NCBI GenBank assembly: GCA_035221665.1
Contig: JAVHYY010000823.1
Location: forward strand, 62,001-126,000
Source of the DNA: Okamejei kenojei
Taxonomy: Eukaryota
Reading direction: 5' to 3'
DNA length: 64,000 nt
The position numbers were made by a program, and so were the translations under genes. Positions 1-11,207 of this stretch are shown piece after piece (positions within the stretch are counted from its first letter, which is position 1; every line of letters starts with the position of its first letter). The notes under the pieces are model-generated. The model was not told the origin of the DNA, did no database searches, and worked only from the letters and a program-made list of their open reading frames with translations.

Positions 1-1252
1 AGGCAATCAAGGGAAAATAATTTGCAGGAGGATGAGAAAAGAATGAGAGAGTGACTGTATAAGAAGCTTGCATAGGTTGGAAGGACCAAATGGCTGTCCT
101 TTGTTTTATTTTAGCAATCCCGTTATTTTAGCATTTTACAATGATATAATTGGTGCCATTGCAGCAGAAGGGGCAAGGCAATTTGTGGGAATTTTCAGTC
201 TGTGGGCAGTACAATGTGAGGTTCTACCTAAGCCATGAGTTAGCTGAACATCACATGTTGCAGAATCCAAAAGTTCTAGGATTCTTCATCATTATGATGG
301 CAACTCTACCTCAGTGGACCTATGTCAGCCTGATATTGATTGTAATCCTGCAGATGACAACGAAAAGGATGAAAACAAACCTCTTTTTCTTCCTCAAGTT
401 TTTAAATGTCTAATATTTAATTTTTAATTATTTAAATTGTTGTAAAAAATGTCTTTTAAATCTAGGATGTGATTACAAAGATACGAAAATAGTATTTATA
501 CTATTTTTTTAACTATCTAAATATTAGAGTTTTTTTTAATTTAGAAATAGTTTCTAGTTTTGAAAAGAGACAACTCTGATTTCTATCTTGCCTCCAGTCA
601 AAGGTTGCTGGGGTGTGTGGGTTGCCGGGGTGTTCTGGGGCAGCACCATCTTCTGCCTGAGGCCTACGTTCCACGAGGCCCCAACACCAAACCTCCATTC
701 TGAAGAGTCAGGCATTTAGAACTCTGAATCGAGCACACGCGTGTGGATGGACCGGCGCAGCAGTTGGAAAGTCTGTCCACTGGCCCGGTCTAACTCAGTT
801 TGGTTCACATTAACACTGTAAAGCATTTGACTGATTGATTTTTGAAAGATACAGCATGGGTCTCGATCTAAAATGTCACGTTCCTTTTCTCCATAGATGC
901 TGCCTGACCCGCTGAGTTACTCCAGCTTTTTGTGTATGGCTGGAATGGTATTACCTTGCAATTTCAATTTTTCTACTTAAATTTGAGCATGGACAATTTA
1001 CTTTAAAATTATGTTCAACAACCAAAATGTTGTCCAGACCTAAACATCCATTTCAAATGACATAAGTATTGCATTTGTAATGTAAGTTTAAAAAAACATT
1101 CAGAATAAAGCTTTTAAATGCTGAGTTTTAATCTTGAGACTTTTTTTATTGCAAGAATGTAATTCTCTGCCTCAGAGGGCGGTGGAAGCCGGTTCTCTGG
1201 ATGCTTTCAAGAGAGAGTGAGATAGAGCTCTTAAAGATAGCGGAGTCAAGGG

Positions 1253-3061
1253 GTCAAAGTCAAAGTCAAAGTCAAAAGAGTTTATTGTCATGTGTCCCTG
1301 ACAGGACAATGAAATTATTTCTTTGCTTACCACAACAGAACATAGTAGGCATTGACTACAATTATATACTTAAATACACACATTAATTAATAAATTAATA
1401 AAGTGCAAATAACAGATGGAGGGGTATTAATGTTCAGAGTTTTGTCCGAGCCAGGTTTAATAGCCTGATGGCTGTGGGGAAGTAGCTATTCCTGAACCAG
1501 GTCGTTCTCAGGCTCCTGTACCTTCTACCCGAAGGTAGCAGGGAGATGAGTGTGTAGCCAGGGTGGTGTGGGTCCTTGATGATGTTGCCAGCCTTTTGAG
1601 GCAGCGACTGTGGTAGATCCCCTCGATGGAAGGAAGGTCAGAGCCGATGATGGACTGGGCAGTGTTTACTACTTTTTGTAGTCTTTTCCTCTCCAGGGCA
1701 CTCAAGTTGCCGAACCAAGCCATGATGCAACCAGTCAGCAAGCTCTCTACTGTGCACCTGTAGAAGTTAGAGAGAGTCCTCCTTGACAGACCGTCTCTCC
1801 TTAATCTTCTCAGGAAGTAGAGGCGCTGATGAGCTTTCTTAATAATTGCATCTGTGTTCTTGGACCAGGAAAAATCTTCACAGATGTGCACGCCCAGGAA
1901 TTTGAAGCTCTTGACCCTTTCAACCATCGACCCGTTTATATAAACAGGACTGTGGGTCCCCATCCTACTCCTTCCAAAGTCCACAATCAGTTCCTTGGTT
2001 TTGCTGGTGTTGAGGGCCAGGTTATTGTGCTGGCACCATATGGACAGTTGCTCGATCTCTCTTCTGTACTCCGACTCATCCCCATCAGTGATACGTCCCA
2101 CAACAGTGGTATCGTCAGCGAACTTGATGATGGAGTTCGCACTATGACCGGCTACGCAGGCATGAGTATAGAGTGAGTACAGCAGGGGGCTGAGCACGCA
2201 GCCTTGAGGTGCTCTTGTGCTGATTGTTATCGAGTCTGACACATTTCCACTAATACGAACAGACTGTGGTCTGTGAATGAGGAAGTTGAGGATCCAATTG
2301 CAGAGGGATGTGCAGAGACCCAGTTCTGTGAGTTTGGTAACTAGCTTGGAGGGGATGATTGTGTTAAATGCCGAGCTGTAATCAATGAATAACAGCCTGA
2401 CATATGAGTTTTTGTTGTCCAAGTGGTCCAGAGCGGAGTGGAGGGCCAGCGAGATCGCGTCCACCGTTGATCTGTTGTGGCGGTAAGCGAACTGCAGTGG
2501 GTCCAGGTTTTTGTCGAGGTAGGAGTTGATTTGCGCCATGATCAACCTCTCGAAGCACTTCATCACCACAGGCGTTAGTGCCACAGGTCGATAGTCATTG
2601 AGGCACGTCACCTTGCTCTTCTTGGGCACTGGTATTATTGATGCCCTTTTGAGGCAGGTGGGAACCTCAGACCTCAGAAGTGACAGGTTGAAAATGTCCG
2701 TAAAAACTCCAGCCAGTTGGTCCGCACCCCAAGTTTTTAGAACATGACCAGGTATACTATCAGGTCCAGACGATTTTCGAGGGTTCACCCCTCTGAAAGA
2801 TTTCCTGACGTCGGCCTCTGTGACTGAGACTGAAATACCATCACAGCGAATGGGGGCTCGGGAAGGCACATTGGTGTTCTCCCTATCAAAGCGTGCGTAA
2901 AATGCATTGAGCTCATCAGGGAGTGATGTATCGCTGACATTCGAGCTGCCTCCTGGTTTCGCCTTGTAGGAGGTGATTGCATTCAGTCCCTGCCACAGCT
3001 GCCGAACATCTGTCGCATCCTCCAGTTTGGAGCAGAACTCCCTTTTGGCCTTTTTGATGGC
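1253..3061 (-). mobile_element. 5'-truncated Rex1/Babar-clade non-LTR retrotransposon
   Basis: RT ORF on minus; 3' UTR ends in an AATAAA-type signal (TTTATT on plus at ~1281) followed by a short (TTTGAC)n tail at 1253-1277. Confidence 0.9.
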
Positions 3062-3103
3062 GAGAAGGCAGGAATGGGATACTGATTGTAGGTGATTAGC
3101 CAT
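1508..3103 (-). CDS. Rex1/Babar ORF2 reverse transcriptase (5'-truncated; first ~14 codons come from flanking CR1 antisense sequence; frameshift near C-terminus)
   Basis: Motifs [80 protein letters not shown] are typical of Rex1/Babar RTs. Confidence 0.9.
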   Translation of the reverse strand: MANHLQSVSHSCLLAIKKAKREFCSKLEDATDVRQLWQGLNAITSYKAKPGGSSNVSDTSLPDELNAFYARFDRENTNVPSRAPIRCDGISVSVTEADVRKSFRGVNPRKSSGPDSIPGHVLKTWGADQLAGVFTDIFNLSLLRSEVPTCLKRASIIPVPKKSKVTCLNDYRPVALTPVVMKCFERLIMAQINSYLDKNLDPLQFAYRHNRSTVDAISLALHSALDHLDNKNSYVRLLFIDYSSAFNTIIPSKLVTKLTELGLCTSLCNWILNFLIHRPQSVRISGNVSDSITISTRAPQGCVLSPLLYSLYTHACVAGHSANSIIKFADDTTVVGRITDGDESEYRREIEQLSIWCQHNNLALNTSKTKELIVDFGRSRMGTHSPVYINGSMVERVKSFKFLGVHICEDFSWSKNTDAIIKKAHQRLYFLRRLRRDGLSRRTLSNFYRCTVESLLTGCIMAWFGNLSALERKRLQKVVNTAQSIIGSDLPSIEGIYHSRCLKRLATSSRTHTTLATHSSPCYLRVEGTGA

Positions 3104-3384
3104 GATCAGATAGAATGGCGAATGGCCTACTATTTGTCTATTGAGAAAAAGTACCTTCGGCCCACCAAGTCCTTGCCAGCCATTGATTGCCTGTTTATAC
3201 TAGTTCTCTGTTATACCACTTTTGCACCCACTCACTGTTTGTATTAGAGCAGCGTGGATAGCAACGACTTGACATTTACATTTAACCCGTGAATGTGTGG
3301 TAACAAAAGATTTACTAAACTGCAGATGCTGGAAATCTGCAAATCAGGCAGCATCATTGGAAAGTAAAACCATTAACATTTGTC

Positions 3385-3478
3385 GACACAAAATGCTGGC
3401 GTAACTCAGCGGGGCAGGCTGCATCTCTGGAGAGAAGGAATGGGTGACGATTCGGGTCGAGACCCTTCTTCAGACTGA
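3385..3478 (-). repeat. Penelope-like terminal-repeat fragment with degenerate hammerhead-like core
   Basis: Reverse complement reads CAGTCTGAAGAAGGGTCTCGACCCGAATCGTCACCCATTCC...GAGTTACGCCAGCATTTTGTGTC. The same family occurs at ~858-935, 16503-16600, 30068-30125, 33595-33685, 35933-36032, 41527-41620, 42298-42370 and 53505-53615. Confidence 0.7.
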
Positions 3479-4082
3479 TTACACATTACCAACCTACCTA
3501 TTAAAACATTTGTATTCTTTTTTTTTAAATATATTTTTATTAAAGGCAAACACATATATTATGGTGAAAACATTTCACGTGCATCAATCATACATTATTA
3601 ATATTATCAGTTGATTCATTCTGCTTCTAATTGTTTTTTTAATATATAGATAGAAAGTTTAAAAAAAAGAGACATTTGTATTCTAACATTCTGATTAAGG
3701 GACGTGAAGAGTTAATGGTGGCTTTTTCTACAGATGCAGCCTGACATGTTGAATGTTTTTGCCAAAGATTCTTGTTTGATTTGCACCTAAATAACATTAT
3801 TCTTTAATGCTAAATCAGGGCCAATGAAAATTAAAGTCAGGACAGTTTTTCAACAAATGGTCTAAAATAGTAAGATTAAACGAGAACTTACCAAGTTTGA
3901 AGGTTGATCTGCATTTTACGAGGAGTCGCGGTGAGGGATTTCGTGAAGACCCCGCCAGCACGCATGCGCGGCATCCTTCAAAGCAGCAGTGTGGAATCAC
4001 AGAACCAAACCATGACTAAAATAGTAAGATGAAAACGTAGAACTACCTGGTTGACCTTATGATAGAGGGTGGGAGCGGTGGG

Positions 4083-4180
4083 CACGAAATCCCTCACCTC
4101 GTAAAATACAGATCAACCTTCAAACTTGGTCAGTTCTCGTTTAATCTTACTATTTTACTTCGGAGTCACGTGAGTGACTT
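4083..4180 (-). repeat. DIRS internal complementary region (ICR), copy A
   Basis: 4083-4157 is the reverse complement of the 3864-3945 terminus, with a small deletion. TTTTACTTCGGAGTCACGTGAGTGAC (4153-4178) is the reverse complement of 9039-9064. Confidence 0.92.
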
Positions 4181-4343
4181 TCAAAGCTCTGTGATTTCAC
4201 GCCCTGGACAACGTCCATGCTTATCACACTGCCGCCAGTCTGATGGAGGAAGGCTGTTAATGGAGTTCATTCGAAACTGGCTGAAAAATCAACACAATTT
4301 ATTAATCAAATAAACAACAAACCCCTAAATCGGGGCCAGACAT

Positions 4344-5280
4344 TTACTGAGCGGTTCCCAGGATAGCTTCTGCGAATGTCGCAGGGGCGGCCAGAGGTTT
4401 GTTATAGAACTGTTGAAAGGTTTTTCCCACTGGCCCAGCCCGCAGTGGCGACGATGTGGTCCATGGGCACCTCCATGGCTTTCGCCGCTGATATGGATGC
4501 AGCCCTGATGGAATGAGACTTAAAAATGTTAGTAGCAACTCCTGCTGCATCCAGCACACCCTGAGCCACCTGGCGATCGTCTGTGTAGTCACCCGATGAT
4601 GCGGAGGTTTTATGGCTGATGAGGAGCCCCTGTTCCTTCATCCTGATAACTCCAGTAACTCGGATCTAGTGGTGGAGATGGGTGACTATGCAGAGAGTGG
4701 CATCTACAGGGTACGCCCGAAATTCCACCTGCAGCCCATGCGCCCCTGGCCTGTGCTGTTTTAATAATTCTTTGACAAAGAGATTTATTTGACCAGGGTC
4801 GCCACCATGCTGTCCAGTCGCAGTTTCTGTAACGTCTGGGCTCGTTGGGCTGTAGTCAGTGCCATAAGCATCACCACCTTGAGGGTGAGCTGTTTCAATA
4901 GTAGCTCATCTATTGGAGCCCAGCTCCTCAGTAGGGTCAGCACGATCCCCACATCCCACGTTACTGTATATCTGGGTCATGGAGGGTTGGTGTTAAACAC
5001 TCCCCTCATTAGTTTAGACACCAGGTGGTTGGAGCCGACACCTATATCCAGGTATGAGGACAGCGCACTCCTGGCGCTGTTGATGGCACTGTAGCTGAGG
5101 CCAGCATCGAATGGAGGCCTGCTAGAAACTCCAACACATCAGATATTGTTGCCAAGTTGGAAGACTTGTTGGTCCGGGCACAGAATGCCTCCCACTTTCT
5201 GATTTGGGTGAGGTATTGCTTCCGAGTTGATTCTCGGCATGATGCGGCGATAAGGTCTACGGCTCTTAACAAGATGCCTG
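4344..5280 (-). pseudogene. DIRS tyrosine recombinase remnant (frameshifted)
   Basis: ORF pieces: STRKQYLTQIRKWEAFC...VLEFLAGL (N-terminal domain), FKSHSIRAASISAA...AGW (HxxR box) and TFQQFYNKP (catalytic Tyr region). Confidence 0.88.
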
Positions 5281-5349
5281 ACCGGATGAGTGGTCTTTCA
5301 GAACCTGCAGGCCAACAAGTTTAAATGACCATGGCAAGGATGAGTGACC

Positions 5350-5760
5350 CCCCCCCCCCCCCCGTAATGGAGTGAGTAATCAATTTGGGATGTTTCCCAA
5401 TCGCCATCCATGGTTGTTTTAAAATTTCTACAACCATTGGGTACCATGGTTGTGTAGGCCAGTCGGGAATGATCAATAAGCCAGTTTAATTTTAGTTTAA
5501 TCTAGTTTAATTTTCTGCAATACCCGACTGTTGAGGCAGAATGGGGAAACGCGTAGCAAACCATTTATTTCCTCCAATGGATAAAACGCATCCATTGCTA
5601 TTGCCCCAGGGTCTGGTTCCCACAACACATACGTTGGTATTCGTTGGTTCAGCCTGGACGCAAATAGGTCAATATCTGGTGTCCCAAAATGAGCTATAAT
5701 ATCTCCAAAATTTGGGGATTCAACATCCACTCAATGTTGTCATTGAAGACACGTGACCTG
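5350..5760 (-). pseudogene. DIRS methyltransferase-like (MT) domain remnant
   Basis: PDIDLFASRLN...WEPDPGAIAMDAF...PFCLNSRVLQKI, followed by IIPDWPTQPWYP at ~5440-5475. Confidence 0.85.
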
Positions 5761-7220
5761 GTGTCCGCCACTGAATTAAGCTTTCCCAGGCAAATAGGTC
5801 GCAGTAATCCAAATATTTCTTTCAATGCACCAGTGCCAAATTGTATTAGCCAATTCATCGCAAACTAGCGACCTGATACTACCCATATGATTGATGTAAG
5901 CCACTACTGTAGCATTATCTATTCGAAAGCGGACATGTAATCCCGTGAATTAGTACAGTAAGCCCGCAGTCCATGAAATGCCCCCAGCATTTCTATAGAG
6001 TTTATCCCATGTGACTCCAGGAACGTAGACTCATGAGAGTTCCATCTGCCACCACAACTGGACATTGTACCAGTTGCTCCCCAGCCTGGTGCGCTTGCGT
6101 CAGTTAGTAGCAAAACATCAGGGTTGCTCACTATAATAGGTCAATGACATTCTTTAATATTATCTACCCACCATTGTAGCTCATTTCTAGCTTCCGGTGG
6201 TAACCGAATTGGCCGATCAAAGCGGCCAGCATTTGTTTTTTAATGCTGTGATTTTTGATCTTTGTGAATTTCGGTAGTGTAGCGGTCCGAATCGTGCAGC
6301 TGGGAATGTAGTTACCAATTGAGAGTTACCAACACCAATAACTTTTGCTGTTTGCCGAATGGTCAGTACCCTGGCGCAAGCAAGATTGTGGCACTCTTCT
6401 ATTATAGCAGTAGCTTTATTAGTTGGGATGATAAACTTCATTAAATTGGTGTCTAGGGTGAACACCATAACCCGTACCGGGTGCAGTTTTGATTTGTCTG
6501 GATGGATTACAACCCCAGCTTCTCAAGCAGAGCCTTGGTTGCAGCCACTCCTTGAATTGCCAATTGGAGGGTCTGCCCCACTATAAGGATTTCATCCAAT
6601 ATGCCATCACTATTATCTTGTTGTCGGAGAAGAGCCAATACAGGTAAATACCAATTTGGTAAACAGCCTAGGGCTGTGATGATTCCATTAGGCAATGCAC
6701 CCTTCCAGACAACTTCAGAATTCCCTGTGAGCCTCAGCGATGGGCACCGTATAGCATGCTTCTTTCAAATCGATGCATGCCATAAAGTACCCTGAGTAAA
6801 GCATCTGCCTAGCTGTTCCAAAAGTATCCATTTTGAAATGGGTATATTGTACAAAAGTGTTCAACTCAGTTAAATCTATTATAATCCGACATCCCCCTTC
6901 TTTTTTACTGCTGGTGAACATATTAGACTCAAACTCAATAGGTCCATGCTTGGTTATGCCAATTACCACTTTTCTGCTCGCCGTATAATTTCAGCATGCC
7001 CTGCCTCCACCTCTTTTTGGGATAGAGTAAATTCCTACGAGGCGAATGCTGGGTATGGGAATTTATACCTCCAACAAATTATATACCCTTGAACACTTTG
7101 TAAAATAAACTCATCTGTGGTGACAGTTTTCCCATATGTCCAAGGCAGCCCGCAATTGCCCACCTATTCGTGCAGGAGGGATACTACGGCGTGAGAGGAG
7201 CCAGACCCCCTTACCTCCAT
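5760..7220 (-). pseudogene. DIRS RT-RNase H remnant (multiple frameshifts)
   Basis: RIGGQL...W pol N-terminus; KKEGGCRIIIDLTELNTFV...FKMDT; IDLKEACYTVPI; RNase H motif LLTDASAPGWGA. Confidence 0.88.
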
Positions 7221-9234
7221 AGTGAACGGCGGTTCCATACATACGGTGCTTCGGGTGGACGTTATGGAGGTTGACGGGCCGGCGGCCGCATTTTCCATGC
7301 AGGCCGCTGTTGGCCTTCCCTAAATGGTCGTTGTATTTATTGAGATGGAGGTAGGTAGAATCTTTGTGCCCTATCCGGCAGCCTTGGTTCACAGGTTGTA
7401 TTAGGCTGTCGCCGGTGATATGGGTGAACTCTGGCCAATGGAGTTTCATGAGGCCCACTGTTTTGGCCTCCTTTGTCCAGTCCCTTCACCTGTTTGTACA
7501 GGTCTCCAAACAACTGAAGCGGCGGTGGAGCGGTAATGGTCGGCACAACCCCGCGAATTTGGGGTTTAGTGTGGGCTATATGGAGCTCTTACGCAGGCAG
7601 TTTATCTCATACTGGGCGTTGCATAGGAGTGCCAGTGCATCATGCTATTTACTGGACACATTATCCCCGACCAGGGTCCTAGCAAACGCCGTTATGCCCG
7701 TGGAGAACCTTTCTCCAAGGTATTATTGAGAATCTGACTCCAGAGTTGGTGCATTAGGCAATCAATGGTGCCCGCCAATTCGTGGTGCAGGGTTCACCTG
7801 TCTGGGTAGAAACGGCAAACTTCACTCACCACATCCAGCATCCTCCTCATGCTCTGGTTCAGCGGTCACTGGCTGTCCCTGGTCGTCGTCAAACTCAGCA
7901 GCTGGGCAATCATTAATGCTTCTGGCTGGAGACGATGAGGAGCTGAGCGGAGTCCTTGCACGGCTAGTGGATGCCCCCCCGAGTCCTGTTCTTCTCGTTC
8001 TCGGTCCCGCTGGAGGTGTTGCACCATTTAAGAGCTCCAACCGCTCAATGCGACCGTCCCTGCGAGATGCAGCGGACAAGCCGACTTCCCCAGGCCCTGC
8101 GAATTCACTGGGGCTTCCACCATCGGACCTCACCCCCTTAGGGTCTATGGTCCAATGGCAGGTCGTCGTGACCTACAGCCCAAGTAGGGTCATACGACTC
8201 CCGCACGGACTCTCCGCTAGTCTGTCTTCTCCCAGACTGTGGCGGCCCACCTGGCTGATAAGAAGGCAGGTGAGTTGACTCGGCGCCGGCCCCCGGAACC
8301 TGGCTCCCCGGAGTCCGTGCAGGCTTACCTCCACACTTACACCATTACTTGGCGTGGAGGCGCATGGTCGGCCGCTCGCAGCGCTGAGCTGACCGACCGC
8401 TTCCTGCTGCCACCTCCGCCCTTGACCGCAGCCTGACGGGGTGTGTTGTCGGCGGTATCTGCTCCAGCAGGCCTACACGACGCAGCAGTGTTATGCCCGG
8501 GCTGCACGATGGCAGATATCCCTGGCTGCGGTACGCAATGCACTTTGCAGGGCTCCCCTGTCGTGCGGCTGTCCCCCGGCCCAGCCCCCTCGGGTCTACT
8601 GGAGCTCGGGGAGAGGTTGCCTGTAAAGAAAACAAGACCCCTTGCCACGTACCTGTATCCCCCCTTATACTCTTGGGGGACGGGGGGCTCGGAGTCTGGA
8701 CCTGTTGCTTGCAGCTCCGTAGCGGTAACCCATTCGGGTGAGTCGGCCCCTGTATTAGCGGGAGCGCCCGACTTCCGCATTCCTGCCCCCACCGTTGCAT
8801 TAAAGCTGCCGGCGTTCCATGCAGCTCCGGGGACAAGGGCCGTCGGCTGGCCGCAGCTCAGCTCAGCTCCTCGACAGCGTCGTCCTCCGGCCCTTGTCCA
8901 TGCTGTGAAGGAAGGTAATACTTACCTGCCGGTCTTGTGAAGGAGCCGGTGGGGAGAGCGCACCCCCCCCCCCCCAGCTGCCGCTGCAGATGCGCGCGAC
9001 GATATGCTGCGCAGGCGTGCTGGCGGGGTCTTCACGAAGTCACTCACGTGACTCCGAAGTAAAATAACATATTCAATCACTCAGAGGGCAGACGAAACAG
9101 CAATAAACCAACATCGCAAAAGAAATTCATAAATAGATTTGATGTGCAAGATAAATGCATTTCCTTTATGCAGATCTAATGATTGACTTCCTTAATTGAG
9201 CTATCTTTGGGCAGCACAGTGGTTCAACTAGGTA

Positions 9235-10825
9235 CAGTGGCTTGCAAAAGTATTCATACCCCTTGAACTTTTCCACATTTTGTCACGTTACAACCACAAA
9301 CGTAAATGTATTTTATTGGGATTTTATGTGACAGACCAACACAAAGTGGCACATAATTGTGAAGTGGAAGGAAAATGATACATGGTTTTCAAATTTTTTT
9401 ACAAATAAAAAACTGAAAAGTGTGGCATGCAAAAGTATTCAGCCCCCTTTACTCTGATACCCCTAAATAAAATCCAGTGCAACCAATTGTCTTCAGAAGT
9501 CACCTAATTAGTAAATAGAGTCCACTTGTGTGTAATCTAATCTCAGTATAGATACAGCTGCTCTGTGAAGGCCTCAGAGGTTTGTTAGAGAACATTAGTG
9601 AACAAACAGCCCAAGGAACGCACCAGACAGGTCAGGGATAAAGTTGTAGAGAAGTTTAAAGCAGGGTTAGGTTATAAAAAAATATTCCATGCTTTGAACA
9701 TCTCACGGAGCACTGTTCAATCCATCATCCGAAAATGGAAAGAGTATGGCACAACTGCAAACCTACCAAGACATGGCCGTCCACCTAAACTGACAGGCCG
9801 GGCAAGGAGAGCATTGATCAGAGAAGCAGCCAAGAGGCCCATGGTAACTCTGGAGGAGCTGCACAGATCCACAGCTCAGGTGGGAGAATCTGTCCACAGG
9901 ACAACTATTAGTTGTGCACTCCACAAATCGGGCCTTTATGGAAGAGTGGCAAGAAGAAAGCCATTGTTGAAACAAAGCCATAAGAAGTCCCGTTTGCAGT
10001 TTGCCACAAGCCATGTGGGGGACACAGCAAACATGTGGCGGAAGGTGCTCTGGTCTGATGGGATCAAAATGGAAGTTTTTGGCCTAAATGCAAAATGCTA
10101 TGTGTGGCGGAAAACTAACACTGCACATCACCCTGAACTCACCATCCCCACTGTGAAACATGGTGGTGGCAGCATCATGCTGTGGGGATGCTTTTCTTCA
10201 GCAGGGTCAGGGAAGCTGTCAGAGTTGATGGGAAGATGGATGGAGCCAAATACAGGGCAATCTGGAAGAAAACCTGTTAGAGTCTGCAAAAGACTTGAGA
10301 CTGGAGGTTCACCTTCCAGCAGGATAACGACCATAAACATATAGCCAGAGCTACAATGGAATGGTTTAAATCAAAGCATATTCATGTGTTAGAATGGCCC
10401 AGTCAAAGTCCAGACCTAAATCCAATTGAGAATCTCTAGCAAGACTTGAAAATTGCTGTTCACAGACGCTCTCCATCCAATCTGACTGAGCTTGAGCTGT
10501 TTTGCAAAGAAGAATGGGCAAACATTTCAGTCTCTAGTTGTGCAAAGCTGGTAGAGACATACCCCAAAAGACTTGCAGCTGTAATTGCAGTGAAAGGTGG
10601 TTCTACAAAGTATTGACTCAGGGGGGCTGAATACTTTTGCACGCCACACTTTTCAGTTTTTTATTTGTAATAAAATTTGGAAAACATGTATCATTTTCCT
10701 TCCATTTCACAATTATGCACCACTTTGTGTTGGTCTATCACATAAAATTCCAATAAAATACATTTACATTTGTGGTTGTAACATGACAAAAATTCAAGGG
10801 GTATGAATATATTTGCAAGCCACTG
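9235..10825 (+). mobile_element. Full-length Tc1 DNA transposon, Passport/Eagle-like IR/DR type
   Basis: TA flanks (9233-9234 and 10826-10827); ~210 bp inverted repeats starting CAGTGGCTTGCAAAAGTATTCATACCCC with an inner direct repeat GCAAAAGTATTCAGCCCCC; ~1.59 kb. Confidence 0.95.
9598..10616 (+). pseudogene. Tc1 (DD34E) transposase, inactivated
   Basis: Paired-type HTH with GRPPKL linker, RRKPLL, WSD(G) and KHGGGSIMLWGCF. After frameshifts (first at ~10220): FQQDNDHKH and [14 protein letters not shown], with TAG at ~10437. The native ATG is lost by a small deletion; ends GGSTKY* at 10616. Confidence 0.93.
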
Positions 10826-11207
10826 TACATGGATAGGAAAGGTTTAGAGGGATATGAGCCAAATGTGGATGGGTGGAACCAGGACATCTTGGTCGGCATA
10901 GGCAGGTTGGGCCGAAGGACCTGTTTCAATGCTGTTTGACTCTATGACTCCTGAGAGCTCCCGCCTCACAGCACTAGAGCCCTGGGTTTAATCCTGACCT
11001 TGGCTGCTGTCTGTGTGGAGTTGGTACGTTCCCCCTGTGACTGCAAGGGTTTACTCTGGATGTTTTGTTTTTCTCTCGCATCCCAAAGACATGTGGGTTG
11101 GTGTTAATTCGGCTCTATGAAATTTTCCTTGTCAGTAGATTAAAGAGGTAGTTAACGAGACTGTGGGAAGAATAAAGGATTGATATTAATGTAGGGTTTA
11201 TGTTTTG

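Larger units (their letters stand above)
1161..3143 (+). mobile_element. CR1/HER1-type LINE 3' tail split in two (1161-1253 and ~3057-3143) by a Rex1/Babar insertion
   Basis: Left part AATTCTCTGCCTCAGAGGGCGGTGGAAGCC...GGAGTCAAGGGG continues as ATGGCGAGAAGGCAGG...AGCCATGATC...AATGGCCTACT; the same contiguous tail is seen at 22837-23050 and 55666-55860. Confidence 0.85.
3864..9064 (-). mobile_element. Full-length decayed DIRS1-like tyrosine-recombinase retrotransposon (copy A)
   Basis: Inverted termini (CGTGAAGACCCCGCCAGCACGC at ~3942 on plus and at 9015-9036 on minus); ICR at 4083-4180 complementary to both outer ends; gag-like, RT, RNase H, MT and YR remnants in DIRS order. Confidence 0.93.
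9209..11200 (+). mobile_element. HE1-like SINE interrupted by a CR1 3' tail, which is itself interrupted by the Tc1 element
   Basis: SINE head GGGCAGCACAGTGGTTCAACT (9209-9230) resumes at ~10952 (GAGAGCTCCCGCCTCACAGC...). The CR1 tail AGGTA|CATGGATAGGAAAGG...CTATGACTC flanks the Tc1. Confidence 0.7.

Noticed and set aside
150-413. 87 aa ORF with hydrophobic stretches
   Set aside because: Non-ATG start, no recognisable domain and no convincing splice structure.
5347-5363. Poly-C tracts, also at ~8964-8975, 12776-12796 and 60235-60252, as possible G-quadruplex elements
   Set aside because: Simple homopolymer expansions inside repeats; lengths are unreliable in assemblies and there is no functional evidence.
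7822-8940. Cluster of overlapping 80-165 aa ORFs in a CpG-island-like region
   Set aside because: Lies within the GC-rich gag region of DIRS copy A. Stop-poor composition explains the ORFs, and there is no evidence of a host promoter or gene.
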